Assembly (NCBI RefSeq): GCF_963853765.1
Contig: NC_088858.1
Span: 32,922,001-32,986,000 of the forward strand
Reading direction: 5' to 3'
Length of the DNA stretch: 64,000 nt
Source of the DNA: Magallana gigas
Taxonomy: Eukaryota
Shown here one piece after another: positions 12,425 to 26,353 of this stretch; position 1 is the stretch's first letter, and every line of letters begins with the position of its first letter. The position numbers and the translations under genes were made by a program. Below the pieces are notes generated by a model. The model searched no databases. It saw only the letters and a list, made by a program, of their open reading frames with translations, and was not told where the DNA came from.

Positions 12425-15400
12425 ATGGAGGAAAGTTTGGCGCCAGTCGAAAATTCAGGTGAAGACGTTTTATCCATGATTGACGTTTTAAAAGAAGAAA
12501 ATGAATTAGAAGAAGAAGCAAATGCAGTCTTGGGAGACAGTGACGATCAAAACTGCACTTATCCAATGGTAAAGAATATTTCGTTTTAATGCATTCGTGT
12601 TTACAAATAATGACTTCCAGTTCGTCTATAATGAGATATGTAGATTCTAAGTTCATGTCACTATTATTGTGTAGTATTTCGTATAATGTATGAGTTGGTC
12701 TTGATTGATTGGGTAGTCAGTGAATCTTTGTAATATTATGTTTATTTTGTCAGTCAGTCAGTTGTGTCTTTTTATTCACTCTGAAATTTGAGGAAAAGAA
12801 TCGTTTAGAAATGTTAAAACACACAGTTAACTATCAAATTTACACTGAAAATAAATTGATAACATGTTACCACGTGTTGCGAGCGTATAACTGATAACCA
12901 TAGTTTAATATACATTCATTTGATTTATTTGCCACAACAGGGTTATGTCTCACGACAAGCTTTATATGCCTGTGCAACTTGTGACCCAGAAGCGTCAGCA
13001 GGAGTTTGTCTAGCTTGCTGCTTGGAGTGCCACGAGGGACATGAACTGTTCGAGTTGTACACCAAAAGGTTTTACTACAAAATTTTAATTAGTTATCACT
13101 TTTTGAACTTCCATATGATACTTTAAAAACAATATTCGTTTGCTGCCAACCAGTCTTTGTGAACAAAACGTATACTTGATAGCGTGAAAATTGCAAACAT
13201 TTTAACATTTGTCAATCACGAAATTAAATTGTCACAAATGGAATTTGGTTTACAAGTTACTTGTCGTTAAATCCATGCCCTGACCAGCTTGGGTATGTGG
13301 GATTATGGGTATATGCTGTAATTTTCAGTTTTATATTTTCCAGACTGCTTGAATTTTGCTTTATAATTGGTCAATGAAATTCAAATTGATAGTATTGATA
13401 GTACAGAAATCATTCCATGATTGTATTCTACAATACATGTAACAGCAAAAGTCTTGCTATAGAGATTCTTTTTCTATGTAGGCCTATATTGCATTTCATA
13501 TCAAAGGAAGTACATTGTATAGTAACGAACTATATTTACAATTATGCTCTTACAAATGGGAACTTGTAAAATGCTTATAATGTTTGTGTATGCTCGTTTT
13601 GATATGAAATCTTTGCAATTACACCAATAATATTTTTCAGAAATTTTCGCTGTGATTGTGGTAACAGCAAGTTTGGAGGAAAGAAGTGCAAATTGTACCC
13701 TGTAAGTAAATAGTTTCTTGATTTTAATTTTCATGTATAAAAATAAGGACAATGGTTTCACTTAGATCTGGATGCATTAATTAAAATGAATTAAAAATCA
13801 TTTTGTGTTTAAATGTGTACAAGTTTTATAATGTTAGATTTGACATGTAGGGAAAAGATGCCACAAATGCAAAGAACCATTACAACCAGAACTTCAAGGG
13901 ACTGTACTGTACGTGTCATCGTCCCTACCCAGACCCAGAGGATGAGGTACAGAAGCAATCAAATTATGTATACACTTCACGACACGAAGAGTACTTTTTG
14001 TTAGGAAAGATAACTCAGTTTTAAGTATAGTGGTATCTAAGGAAGGACAGATTTTTGTTTTAATACTGTAGTTACATATGTATGGTGCCCTACAGAAAAA
14101 ACAGGTTCTTTGGCTGAAATGTTTGCTTGTGCTTGATAAAAACAAATTATATCTGTTTAACTTACAGAAAAATTATAAGTATGATGGACTTGTCTGTTTC
14201 ACTTATACCAGAAATTTTTTTATTGATTTTTACATGATACAATATACTTAACACTTTTCACTACATAGTTTAATATGTGTCCTATTATTAAAGCCATGCT
14301 AGCAAGTTTTTGAGATTGAAATCTTTAAAACTTTAAATTAAATGTTTCAAAAATATCTGAAACCACTTGAAAATTAACATTAGAAAGAAACCCATGGACT
14401 GTAATGCTATCAGGAGAGATTACTCTTGGCAGTTGCCCAGATCTAATTTCTTTCAATGATATAAATGTACATAATATTTTGGATACTATTAGCTGATTTT
14501 GGAAAAAATAAACTTTTTCTTTTTTACACTTAAGCAAGATTATGCAAGATTTGGTAAGGTAAAAAAAAACCCTTATCTATTCCAAGTGTGTCGAGAAATG
14601 AATGAAACTATTACTGGGAACTATCCTTCCATTATTAAAAGAATGTATTTCTTCACATGTATTTTTATAGACTCATACCTTTATATACCTGTTCATTGTC
14701 TTTTTACAGGTGGAAGATGAAATGATTCAGTGTGTGATTTGTGAAGACTGGTACCACGGAAGAGTAAGTCACAACAAGATACAATGTACATTAAGGTTGC
14801 TAGGTCTGAAACCCTTTGATTGGTTTATCGTAAATTCTTCAAAATTTTAGTATGCATAATTATCTTTATGTAAATACAGGGATTGGTCTGTTTAGAGATA
14901 TTTGGATAGTGACAAAGGTGTAACAACACAATATTTATATATTCTCAGTGCTGATAAATGATGTTTCAGAATTTCTAAGATTTCGCTACACATTCACTAG
15001 TTTGTGTAAATGTTAGATAAAATTAACCTTCTTTTGTAATGAGTCTTAGAATATGTGTAGAAACATTATAGAAATGATATACAAGAGTCTTGCCATTGCA
15101 ATATTTTTACATATATATAATGTGGGTATATGATGTACTGAAGTCTTGGTGTAATAGTGGGTTGTACTGAGGAAGTAATAATTTCAATGTAATTTAGGGA
15201 TTAATTTCTATTTTTCATTGTTGTCTGTAAATTTAGATACCATAAACATGAAATAAAGTCTTAGCATTGTAGTGGTTGTATTTACATGTGCTATAGTAGA
15301 TATTATAGATATCAAAATACATGTACATGCACTGAAGTCTTAGAAGTTTTTGGCTTGCTTTTTTGACAGCACCTAGGCACAGACTCCCTACCATCTTGTG

Positions 15401-17054
15401 AGAGCTATTCAGAAGTAGTGTGTGCAGACTGCATGAAGAAAAATGACTTCCTCTGGGCCTACTCTGTTCAGAGTCAAGGTAGGTACTGATGTTTTCCAAA
15501 TTGTGAATTTTCATTCAGTCGTTAGAAGGAAAAATTTATCAGGAACCTGACTCATAATATCATTGATTCCGTAACCCTGGTCTATTACAATATATTGAAC
15601 AGAATTTATGATTTAATCTAGTTAAGAGGTTGCATTAAACTACTGACTTTATAATGATTTTTTATTGCAAACCTTAAGGCTTTTGTAAATCTCTTTCAGC
15701 ACATAAAAAGTTGATGTGAGTGAAATCATTTATTTATACATTATATATATGTTATAGAAACAAAGAGTTTAGTGAAAGAGGAAATAAAGTCAGAGGTTGA
15801 TGTAGGGGAGAACTGTCCAAGCCAAGAACAGAACAAAGTAGACGATAAGACTGATCAGGTTTGTACTGTTCATGTGTAAATAGAAATCGAGAACTTAGCA
15901 GTGAATCACAAATACATGTAAAATATGCGTAAATAACTGCATTCATGAATATCAGGTTTATAACTGAAAAGGACATTACATTGTACATCCAAACACAAAA
16001 CAAAATATTTTTTTTTTTATATCTGTGTTAACTTTTGCAGGCATCAGTTCAAAAAGCAGAAAGTGACAAAAGCTGTCTCCTTGTGGATCTACAGAAGAGG
16101 GAAGTGAATGTCAAAGAAAGTGGAGCATTCTGGAAGGATGGTTGGAGGAAGAAGCTCTGTAGATGTGCAAACTGTATGGTATGTGCTTGTTTGTCCTGTT
16201 TATATAAAAAAATGTTTGTTTTATGGCTATTTTGTGAAAGTTAATTATAAATACCGGTACTTCATCTCCAATTAAAATACTATACATTATCCTTTTATGT
16301 AATTCTGATGTATTAGATTTTGACATTGAATTTCTTTTTTTTATTGCATGACCATGTTTTGATATTTATTAAAAGCGTAGTTGTTTATAAAAGGTTGAAT
16401 TCATCTTGATTGCTATTTGCTGTTATAATTCAAGGCAATGTACAAAGAGAGGAGCCTAGAGTTCCTGATAGACGAATCGGACACAGTCCATAACTACGAA
16501 CAAAGGGGACGGGACAAAACAGCGTCCTCTCAGTATGAGAAAGGAATGCAGGCTCTTTCCTCCATGAACAGGGTGCAACAAGTTGAAGTCCTACATGGTA
16601 AAGCTTCAAACATTGTGTCAACTTTTAATTATTCCTTTTTTGAGGGGTTAGGGCTGTTAGATATTCTGTGAGGGCATTTTATAGAAGACGTTTTCACAAT
16701 TTTTATGGTTTTATTCATATAATATGGATTTTTTTTCATCAGGGTTTAATGATCTAAAGTCCGAGTTGACAGACTACTTGAAGAAGTTTGCAGAAAATGG
16801 AAAGGTAAGAGGAATGGACCTTAGATATATGTGTGTGTTAATACCAAACATATATTAAATTTGAGTTGTATTGTAAAAAGGTTGAGGTAACGGACCACTA
16901 CATTTTTGAAGTCTTTTTAAAAAGTCTTTTTAATGAACAATATTTAAATTTTTTTAAGGTTGTCAAAGAGGAAGACATCCGAGAGTTCTTTTCTGGAATG
17001 GAGGCAAGGAAACGCCAGAGGACTACGGGACCAATGCAGTTTATGTGTAAATAA
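12425..17054 (+). CDS. UBR7: E3 ubiquitin-protein ligase UBR7 (UBR-box zinc finger + atypical PHD), 383 aa
   Basis: 11 exons: 12425-12568, 12941-13068, 13641-13701, 13851-13946, 14710-14763, 15370-15478, 15758-15858, 16041-16178, 16435-16597, 16743-16804, 16959-17054. Motifs LEEEANAVLGDSDDQNCTY, RQALYACATC..GVCLACCLECHEGHELFELYTKRNFRCDCGNSKF, YNQNFKGLYCTCHRPYPDPED, MIQCVICEDWYH, WRKKLCRC, VVKEEDIREFF. Confidence 0.97.
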
Positions 17055-20000
17055 TGGAGAGAAACTTACAAGTCATACATTTCAGAGGTTTCTGACAATT
17101 TTGTGTACATTTCAAGAGGAAATGTCAAAACTTTGCTCTGTCTGATTTTTTTTTTTTTTAAAGTAAAACTTTTAATTATTATTCCATGTTTTTTAACACT
17201 ACAAAATAATTTACATTATGATTTTTTTTCAGTATTTCCAAGCAATGAAATTTTTTTTTGGTATTTACAAGCAATGAAATTTATTTCAAATCTCGTTTGA
17301 TTTTTGAATGCTTTTATAATATCTTGAACAACTGTATCAGTTGTAAAGTAGTAAAGTATACTTTGTGGATTTTAAGATAAAGGTGTGTAGTGTTCTACTA
17401 CTGTTTTCACAATGCCATTTATTTCTAATTGCTTATCTTGCACTGTTATTAAAATGATGCCATCACGTAAGTGGATAGATCATCTGTATAATTGTCATTA
17501 ACTGATGTTGGTCTTTTGTAATAAGAAACATTTTTTTTTATGCTTAAAGATACAATGACCTTATGATTATTGTATCATTATAGTGTCCATCATTGAATAA
17601 AAATAAGCATTGGATATGCTAGCATAGCTCTCTTTGATTTATTATATCAGTAGTTAAAGATTGAAACATTTTGACAGTCCATTTAATATACCTTTGACCA
17701 TCATAATTATGGCAATCATTTTGTTCTATTGTTATTAATATTTTTGTCAATATTATCAAGAAATACATTTTTTGTCATTAATAAATTATGAAACTTTATT
17801 TTCTTACTGTATCATTCTTTGCTTGGTATGTCACGGCACTCGGCATACCTCGGCCGATTCCGATTTCCTACGAATCGGCATTTGATGCCATGGTATATTT
17901 AGTCATGGTTGAGCTCTCTATAAAATAATGATTTTTTAAAAATGTTTGTGATGTTATATTTTTTTAATGTCAGGAGGTTCAGAGTTTTGTCTGTTTACAT
18001 GTCATCAATAATTTCAAATAAAATTTTCAGCATCCAAATATTTTGTTTATGATTATGTGATAACTTTTTGGTAATTTGCATTGTTTTGTTTATAAAAAAA
18101 AAAGAAGTTGTTTTTGTGTAACAGTGGGTAACAAACTACATTCCAATCATAAAAACTCAATCATAAAATATATTCACACAATAAAATGCTTTTTTGCAGA
18201 AAATATTTACATAGCTCGTAAAAAGTAGAATTATGTTAAAGTACTATCAGTACTTTAGATAAAAGAAAAAGCCAAATCGTCTTGTATGGGAATTTGAGTC
18301 TGAAATGATCATGATTATTTCGTGCAGTCCGTGATTTTTTTTTTGAGTTGCTAAAGGTTTCGACCGATCGATAAAATGGTTAAAACTGGATTGTGTAGAT
18401 TTCAGTCCTGTCAGTTTATATAAACAGTTGGGGATTACAATCAATTTTCGTAAGAAATATATGGAATCATACTTCATGGATGTAAATATTTAAATAAAAT
18501 GCTTTCTTTGGTGATTCATGCGGGTTGGGAAGTGGCGAAATTGCAGAAAAAATACATATCTAATTGTTTGTATTATTTGAGTTTTAATTTTTTTTTTAAG
18601 TTTGAGAAAATAATATTGGTAGAAACCATCATTAAACCATCTTCAAAAGAAAATAGTTTACCAGCCACTCTTTTTTTCCTCTGGAGAAAAGAGGAAGGAA
18701 ATCGTTGTCAATCTTTTGCGTGAGAGTTTTTCCTTTTAAGACTTGTATCGAATTCTTTACTTTTGCCAAAAACACCCCTCACGAAAACCCCTGTACACTG
18801 TTGTTCAACGAAATACATTTTGTTAAAAAAAGAAAGGAATACATTTATAGTGGCGATACAGAGATGATAATTTACGTATTGTGAAATATTTTGGACATAT
18901 TAAAATCCTAAAATAGTCTCAGAAGTCGTGTGATTTGACAGAGAAATTCAAACTTTTATGAACGCAGATTCAACTAAACAAATTATATCTACATAATATA
19001 TAGTATCTATCTTTAATAGATATTGGTGCATTGCATTCAAGCATGCCGTTGTAATGCAAATATCATTATGTTGATGAAGAGATGCACCACAGTGCATACA
19101 TGTCTTTATATTTTATGAGAAGAAAAAAGACATGTTTGTTATTTTAATAAACCACTATTTTTGAAAATATTTTTAAAATACCATTTGAGCTAATGGCCAA
19201 ACAATCTTAAATCAGTGTTATGACGACTTTGTAAATACTTAATTTCTACAGCTATTGGACAAATCGACATTCTGAAAAAAAAATACAGAATGTTAACTTG
19301 TTGACGTGTGGCTTGGATGCAAATGGTAACTTCAAGGGGAGTTTGATTCGAAAATACAATTAACCGCACAATAGTTATAAGTGCATTTTGAATCTTTGAA
19401 TTTTATCTGCAGCTATTTGTTGAAACCTGTGCGGCGGCGTCATTTTTAATCACAGCCAGCTGACGTTTTATATTTTTCTCATATTAAAGAAATATATATT
19501 TCTAACTAAGATAGGTAGGTATAATTATATGTTTTATTATAAGAAAAATATACATTTATGAAACGTCAGATGCCAAAGTTTTCACTTTAGTTGTTTAAAG
19601 AAGATTAAAATTAATTGTAAAAAAAAATACACAGTTAAGATACTATACATGTATTGGTTTGCGTGAATAAATTGAACTTAAGATATTGCAACAATTTTAC
19701 ACCTGACTCGATCATATACATATTTTTTAATCTGATTTGGATGGATTAAAAATTTGTATTTTATTGAATTAAAAAAAGTCTTGGTCTTGATCGATATATT
19801 TAATGCAGGAAATCAATTATTTTCCTCTGGAATTGGTCAAATTCTTCTCCTAAGAAAACTTGTATCTGTAATAGAGAACTTTAACGTGTCAATTACCGAG
19901 ATAGCTTTTTCGTCCACAGATGGTTGCACTATGCGCTAAACTTAACGAAAACTGATTGCTTTACAGTGATTTTACAGGAATATACACGTACATACAGTAC

Positions 20001-20686
20001 CCGTGTACGTACGACATCTATTTTGCAATGTGTCTGTGTAGCGCGGTTGTCTTGAATGAAAATACGGCAGATGGCCGCTGTGAATTATAAATGTCTTTTT
20101 AACAAGTGCTCCGTTAAAGAAACTCGCGTCGAGATCCTCGGATTATGGAAACAACTCCCGGATCTAAGGTTATGCGCGAGCCTGTAGAGAAATACTCCGC
20201 GGTGCCGATGCATCCCTTCGTGCATAGTACTATAGAGGTGAATTATTCAGTATGAACATATGGCATTGTTTCTAATTACCCACAACTTTAAGGCAGTGCA
20301 GCGCCGGGTGAATCCCAATCAACAGGTTCCCAAGGGAGGAATAACCAGGGTGTACTATATTGCTATTACACAGTCCGATAGATTCCTTTACACGGATCTA
20401 ATGCTATACTATGAATATATAGGTGGTCGTTCCATGCACGTAGCAACGGAGGAGAGTGAGGGGGCTACCCCCTTTTTTGAAACGGACAGTTTCCTGAAAT
20501 TTACATATTGAAAAACAAATTTCAAACTAAACGCACCTCTCCTTTTTTTAACAGCGTTAGAAATGATAGGAAAGCTTAACATATACATGTAAATCAAATT
20601 GTAACTTTAAAGACAAGGTTTTGAGCCCTCCCCTCCTCTGATTAGGACACTTTAAATATTGGCCAACAACCCCTTTAATGTAGAAC

Positions 20687-20718
<32 letters not shown>

Positions 20719-21894
20719 TTAAAAAAAATAAACCTGCCATTGTTCTATTAAAGTAAAGTGCATAACCAGAGGAAATAAAAAAGGTATCCATAAGCCATAT
20801 ATTTTACCGTTCCAGATCGGATAATAAGAATTGCAGACTTGACACCCAAACCCACATTAAAGGAATTTTAATTATCCCGTGTGATGAGGATAAAAAATAT
20901 ATATATTTTTGTAATAGTAGACTTTTTTCGACTGCACACTTTAATATAATTATCTTCCTTAGAAAAAATATTTGAAGATGGGAATACCTCTCTATATAAA
21001 CATTCCTGAAATAAAAATGCTAATAGGGATCCTCTGTGTCAACTGGGAAATCGGCCCAGTCTATTTACTTTACAATGCATATCTGTAAAATATTCATCCA
21101 AGGCCAGCAAATGAAAGATAATACTCCGCATAATTTTCCGTTTATACGAAATAAGGTTCTTAAGACAATAGCTCGAAGCAAATCATTAATGCAGTAAGTG
21201 ACTTCTTTGCACACAGGAAATGGAATTAACGTGTCTTCTGCGAGAAATATACATCATCGAAAATGCTTGCTTGCATCTCGAGTTTGATCTTTTCACGAAG
21301 AAACTCTTGTTATTTGAACCGTGACTTCTACTTTAAATGAACTGTTTCTGTGTGTATTTGCTCTGTCATTTTAAACCTTATTTTCGTAATGAACTTAATC
21401 TCCTTTGACACAGCAGGAAAAGTAGAAAGAAAATCAAATTTGTTATCAAGCAGCGTGATTCTTCTCGATCCTTTAACTCAAAACTGGTTTTGTTTCAAGT
21501 CAAGTCCTTCCCCCTTTTATTATTCCGGGTAGAAATATTTCGGTGGATAGTAGTAATTATACACTGTGATGATAAGAGGGGCTGAGCGCTGAGAAGTGAC
21601 AATTTAGGGACACTTATCTTCTGATCTATTTTTTTCTCGGATTTATTCAGGTATTGATCTTTGAGCGTCAATACACCGCACCTAACGCTGAGAGTTAAGA
21701 CTCAGTCAGCACGAGGCGCTGGAACAAGGAACATCAAAAACCACCTTGCAGTCCTCCTAGAACTTCCGATAGAGGGCATGAGCAAGACATGTCCACGACT
21801 AGATAAAACTTTTGTTTGTTTTTATGTGCGAGAAAATGACACCCCAAGAATGCTAGTGTGTCACATTCGTAGGTGTTCAAGCTGAGGTGAAACA

Positions 21895-22884
21895 ATGGGG
21901 TTTAGCACTCATCGGTTCGTTGGAACGGTGGATCCAAATTTACTGTGTGGAATTTGCAGCTCCGTAATAGAAGATGCTGTGTTAACTCCGTGTGGACATT
22001 CGTTTTGCTTCTCATGTTTGGAAACTTGGATGAGCAAGCCGCGGGTCAACTCATGTCCGGAATGTAGGCACATCATGACCCTGAAGGAAGCCAAACCGGT
22101 CCTGTGTATACGTAATCTTGTCAACGGTTTTGACGTCATGTGTGACAATAGTGACCGAGGATGCAAAGTGGTTGTAAAACTCGAAAGGTTAAAGCCGCAT
22201 TTAGAAGTTTGCGGATACACCTTGGTAAAGTGTGCTGGTTGTTCTGATATGGTAAGTCGCTCTGAACTGGCGAACCATCAGATGACTTGCGATGGTATTG
22301 CAGCTTCCCTAAAGGACGAAAACTATGATTCGTACATGCACAAATCTATGGCAGCGTTAACTCTAGAAAATAAAGCTACCTCTATCGAACTTTCAGGACT
22401 TCTGGCAAAGATATCTTCCCTAGAATTTCAGTTAAAGACGTTAAAAAGAGACCTGCAAATCTCCGAGTCCAAGAATCGTGTCCTCGAAAGAGAGTATAGG
22501 AAGACAAAAGACGAGTTGCAGCAAAAGCGGAACGAGATTCTAGACGTCCAGTACGCCGAATTCGATCCAGACTACGACTATGGGTACACGCCGCAAAGCG
22601 TTGCCAAACTGTCCTTACTCATCGCAAGGTTCCTGCTGAAGAAACCGTCGTACGTTGATAGCGACAAGATCTTTGCCGCCGTCAAGCGGTCGTATGACCA
22701 GTACGCTCGGTGCGGAAGTCAGTACGAACATGACGTACACATGCTGGTCGCCACCGCTTTCGCCAGCGACTGGTTTTCCGAGAGCCAAAGAATCAACTTT
22801 CATTGCTGGCTACAAAGCATTGCTAGGTACCGTCAATACTCGAACTCTGGGATGGACTCATGCGAGCATCGTTTATATCAGTGA
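21895..22884 (+). CDS. Intronless RING + TRAF-type zinc finger + coiled-coil E3 ligase (PDZRN3/RNF151/NRDP1-like N-terminus), 329 aa
   Basis: Single ORF. C3HC4 RING (CGIC..CGHSFC..C..CPEC); MGFSTHRFVGTVDPNL start similar to PDZRN3/RNF41; CDNSDRGC..HLEVC..C..C..H..C zinc fingers; coiled coil LLAKISSLEFQLKTLKRDLQ..LEREYRKTKDELQQ; no PDZ and no MATH domain. Confidence 0.9.
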   Translation: MGFSTHRFVGTVDPNLLCGICSSVIEDAVLTPCGHSFCFSCLETWMSKPRVNSCPECRHIMTLKEAKPVLCIRNLVNGFDVMCDNSDRGCKVVVKLERLKPHLEVCGYTLVKCAGCSDMVSRSELANHQMTCDGIAASLKDENYDSYMHKSMAALTLENKATSIELSGLLAKISSLEFQLKTLKRDLQISESKNRVLEREYRKTKDELQQKRNEILDVQYAEFDPDYDYGYTPQSVAKLSLLIARFLLKKPSYVDSDKIFAAVKRSYDQYARCGSQYEHDVHMLVATAFASDWFSESQRINFHCWLQSIARYRQYSNSGMDSCEHRLYQ

Positions 22885-25800
22885 AGGAGGAAAATCGTTT
22901 CATCCAGAATATGTAGAAAAGAAAATCATAACAAAACCGATGCTAGTGCCAGCTTCGTTTAGATAACTTAGAATCGATCAACTTTTTTTCATCGAGTAAA
23001 AAAAATTCATGGCCATGTCATTGCTTTTATACACTTCCAGTGTTTGTGTCGTTCATCATAGACATAAAGATTTATTGACAGGCTTTTGGGTGGACATACC
23101 CCTCTTATAAAATCTTTTATAGTGGTTAATAGTTTCGGCAGTTTAAATCCCTGGTTATTTACTTGTAACCATCTTTCACAGTGGGAACTGATACGATAGT
23201 GTCAGATTCTCGTTATAAGCTCGATAATCTAGACCCACCTTTTCGTGTTAAGATATTTGACTTGCATGATTGGTTTCACAAAATTGTTTTCTAAAAAGTG
23301 TAACAACCCTTCGATCGTCAAATGAAGGTTATCTTCGTGTGTTGACATTGAGAGTTTTAAAAACTTCACCACAAAATTTTTTCACAAATACACAGCAATT
23401 AAATATTCTTTAAACTGAAATTCTTTTTAATGTATAATTATTTTCTTTGTATGGCCAATTAGAGACGATACAGTTGTTTTCTTGCCTCTAAAAATTTCAT
23501 TGCGTATTTAATTTCGGTTCTTTTTTTTTTTTTTTTTTTTTGGGAAAATATCGGTAAAACGGTATATGTCGCGTCACCTGAAATTATGCAGAACTAATTC
23601 ATCACATTAATTGCCTGTAGATGAAATAATGTCTGAATTATACGGTGAACTTGCGGTATCGATCGCGAGTTATTTAAATTTAGAAATCATAAGTACACAA
23701 CTTTTAGTTTACAAAGAAGAATTGCTTATGTAATGTTTTTTCTTGGGAAATTGATGATGTTTTCTTACATTATATACATGTTAATGGCGAATTTCTTTCA
23801 GTATTATGGATGCCAAATATTAACACAATTTACACATGAAAGAAATTCTGTTAGGCGATTGCCTTTTCTATTGAATTTTATATTTGAGTTAAAAACAAGA
23901 CTTTATGCCCCTTTTTATGACACAAAAAGCTAAAAATTACTTAAATTTACATGTACTTTCTACCTAGCAATGTTGTTCATTGTATGCATTAAAGTTCATT
24001 CGTATATATATAAATATACAGTGTAGATCGGAGATTCACTGCGTTTTCCCTGTGCGTTCCTGTTTTTAAGAGTCAAAAATGTTTTGTGTACCTGTATTTC
24101 ACCTGTACATTCTCACCTGAGATTTTGTTCGAATTTTAGTTGTTGCATTTTATATTCCACCTGTAATTTGATATCCAGTCATTTCAGTTCCTATACATGT
24201 ATGTATCTACCAAAAATACAACCATTTCTTTGATGTACCAGCATTTTCTACATTTTTCATCGCTGAATTCGAACAGTAATCAAGCTTTAATTTGACAACG
24301 TTTCCTATTTTATCTTTAATTTTCCACTGACTTCCTTTCACGGTATAACGGACAATTACCCCAACGATCGATCGTCTCCTATCTCGTAACTTTATCTCTT
24401 GCTGACACCCAGGAACTAGGCAAGGTTCCGATTTTCCTGTTATTATTGTTTCATAAACTGGTAATAAAATGGGCAATAAAATTAACATTTTCTCTCTTTT
24501 AACTAAACGATAATTTTGGGGTGTGCTTTGTGTGTGCAAAGTTTATGAATCCAATATTCCACGGCTTATCCAGACGTTGTGACAAAAGAAATATATCAAA
24601 CTCCATGAAATCCCGAACGTTTTGATTAGACATCATCTAATACGTGAATGTCAAACAGTTCAAGAATTGCAACATAGAACACTTGGTACAAAGAAACACG
24701 GGACCATTGGGAGAAGTTATTCTCTTTTAATGAACCATTTTTCGCCATTTTATGTAAAACGATGTAATGAAGTGGTCTACAGATCATAAAGCAGAGGTTT
24801 TAGTACACCAGCTTACATTCAACCAATCGCGCTGAAAATTCATCAGATGGTCCCTGGGGAAATTGTATTTGATACACGTTGAGTAACATATCCTACTGTT
24901 AATGTCCTATGCGCTGCAACCAGTTTTTACAGGCATCATATTGAGATCCAGATCAATCAGTTTGATGGTGTTATGATGAACTAAGACTCAATAAATAAAT
25001 ATATGAATAAATAAATAAATGAATAAATAAATAAATAAAAGAAAGAAATCAATTGATACACAGATATAACCTGCCGTTAAAAATAGTTCTTATTTTACTT
25101 TTTAAGATACGTATAATTTCTTGTGCTATTGTAATAAAAAGGAATTAAGGTTTTTAGCGTCAATACAGCTATGTGCCTATGGAATGCGATCTGAAATTCA
25201 TGTGAAACTATACAATGCCAAAAAAAAAATATTCAAGTAATTGAAATTTCAGGTATATGATTATGGTAATGAAGAGAAGGAATTTCGGACATAACTGATT
25301 AAATTGGGAGAGATGGGGGCGCCGCGGGGTAAGGGAGCTAAACGAGAACTTTGAAATGACACATCCACGTGAAGTTGTTGTGAAAATTCTGGGCCGGTGT
25401 AAAATGAAAGTCGGATTTGATCTGTGTTGCTCCACACCCCCCCCCCCCCCAAATTTTTTTTTATAAAAACAGAAAAGATAAAAAACAGACAACCCCCCCC
25501 CCCCCAAAAAAATTAACCTAACTTTCAATATGTACATGTAAGTGCTCTCTTTTAAATCTGAGCATGCAGGCAAGACACGGGTAAGTGTTGGGTGTTAGGA
25601 TTTGGACTGCTGTGTATGCTCGACTCCCCCTCCTCCCCCCCCCCCCCCCCCCGCTTCCCCACTCTCCACCCACATAATGTATACATATTCCCCGCTTTAT
25701 TTTATAAATCGCGGCTATCTTGACTGACATGTGTGTTATAAATACAAAGGATTACCGTTTTACAAGCCTTATTTATCACGTATATTAGACATGGTTTTTA

Positions 25801-26353
25801 AAGTAGATTTATTGAAGAAAATAACCAGAATTGTTACCCACCTTTACTTCAACTTCGAGATACCCCGAGTTCGGGAAAATCGTCTAAAGCCAAATGTCCA
25901 GATTAAATGTTTGATGAGATTAAGGAATCGGACACCAAATTGACTTGGCAAAGATAAGCGGAAGGAGAATTAAGACGTTTATGCTGTCAGATTATATGAT
26001 GTGAATCATCAATCAAATTTCTTATTACAAATTTGACATGCAAGCCAATGTCCACCAAAGACTCGTTTGCAAGACTGATTTGCCTTTGCAGAGGTACCGA
26101 CGGTGTTTATCGATGGAAGTTACATATGGCGGTACATATATTTCAAAAGAATTTTAACTAAAAATTTTCTCTATGCAGCACGTTTGACATTGGAGTTGCA
26201 ACCATCGATATCAAAAGACAAGAGTTCATACATGTAACTATATTGAACTAGCTGATAACTATTAGGTGATTTATATCTTATTAATTATCATATTGGTTTT
26301 GACAATGGACAGTTGCCTCCTCTTACATACCAACCAGCACATTAAACAAATAA

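Noticed and set aside
21909-22966. ORFs overlapping the RING gene
   Set aside because: Shadows of a GC-richer CDS with no recognisable motifs.
24080-24165. Cluster of three CACCTG E-boxes plus one TACCTG
   Set aside because: Short motifs with no linked gene or other support.
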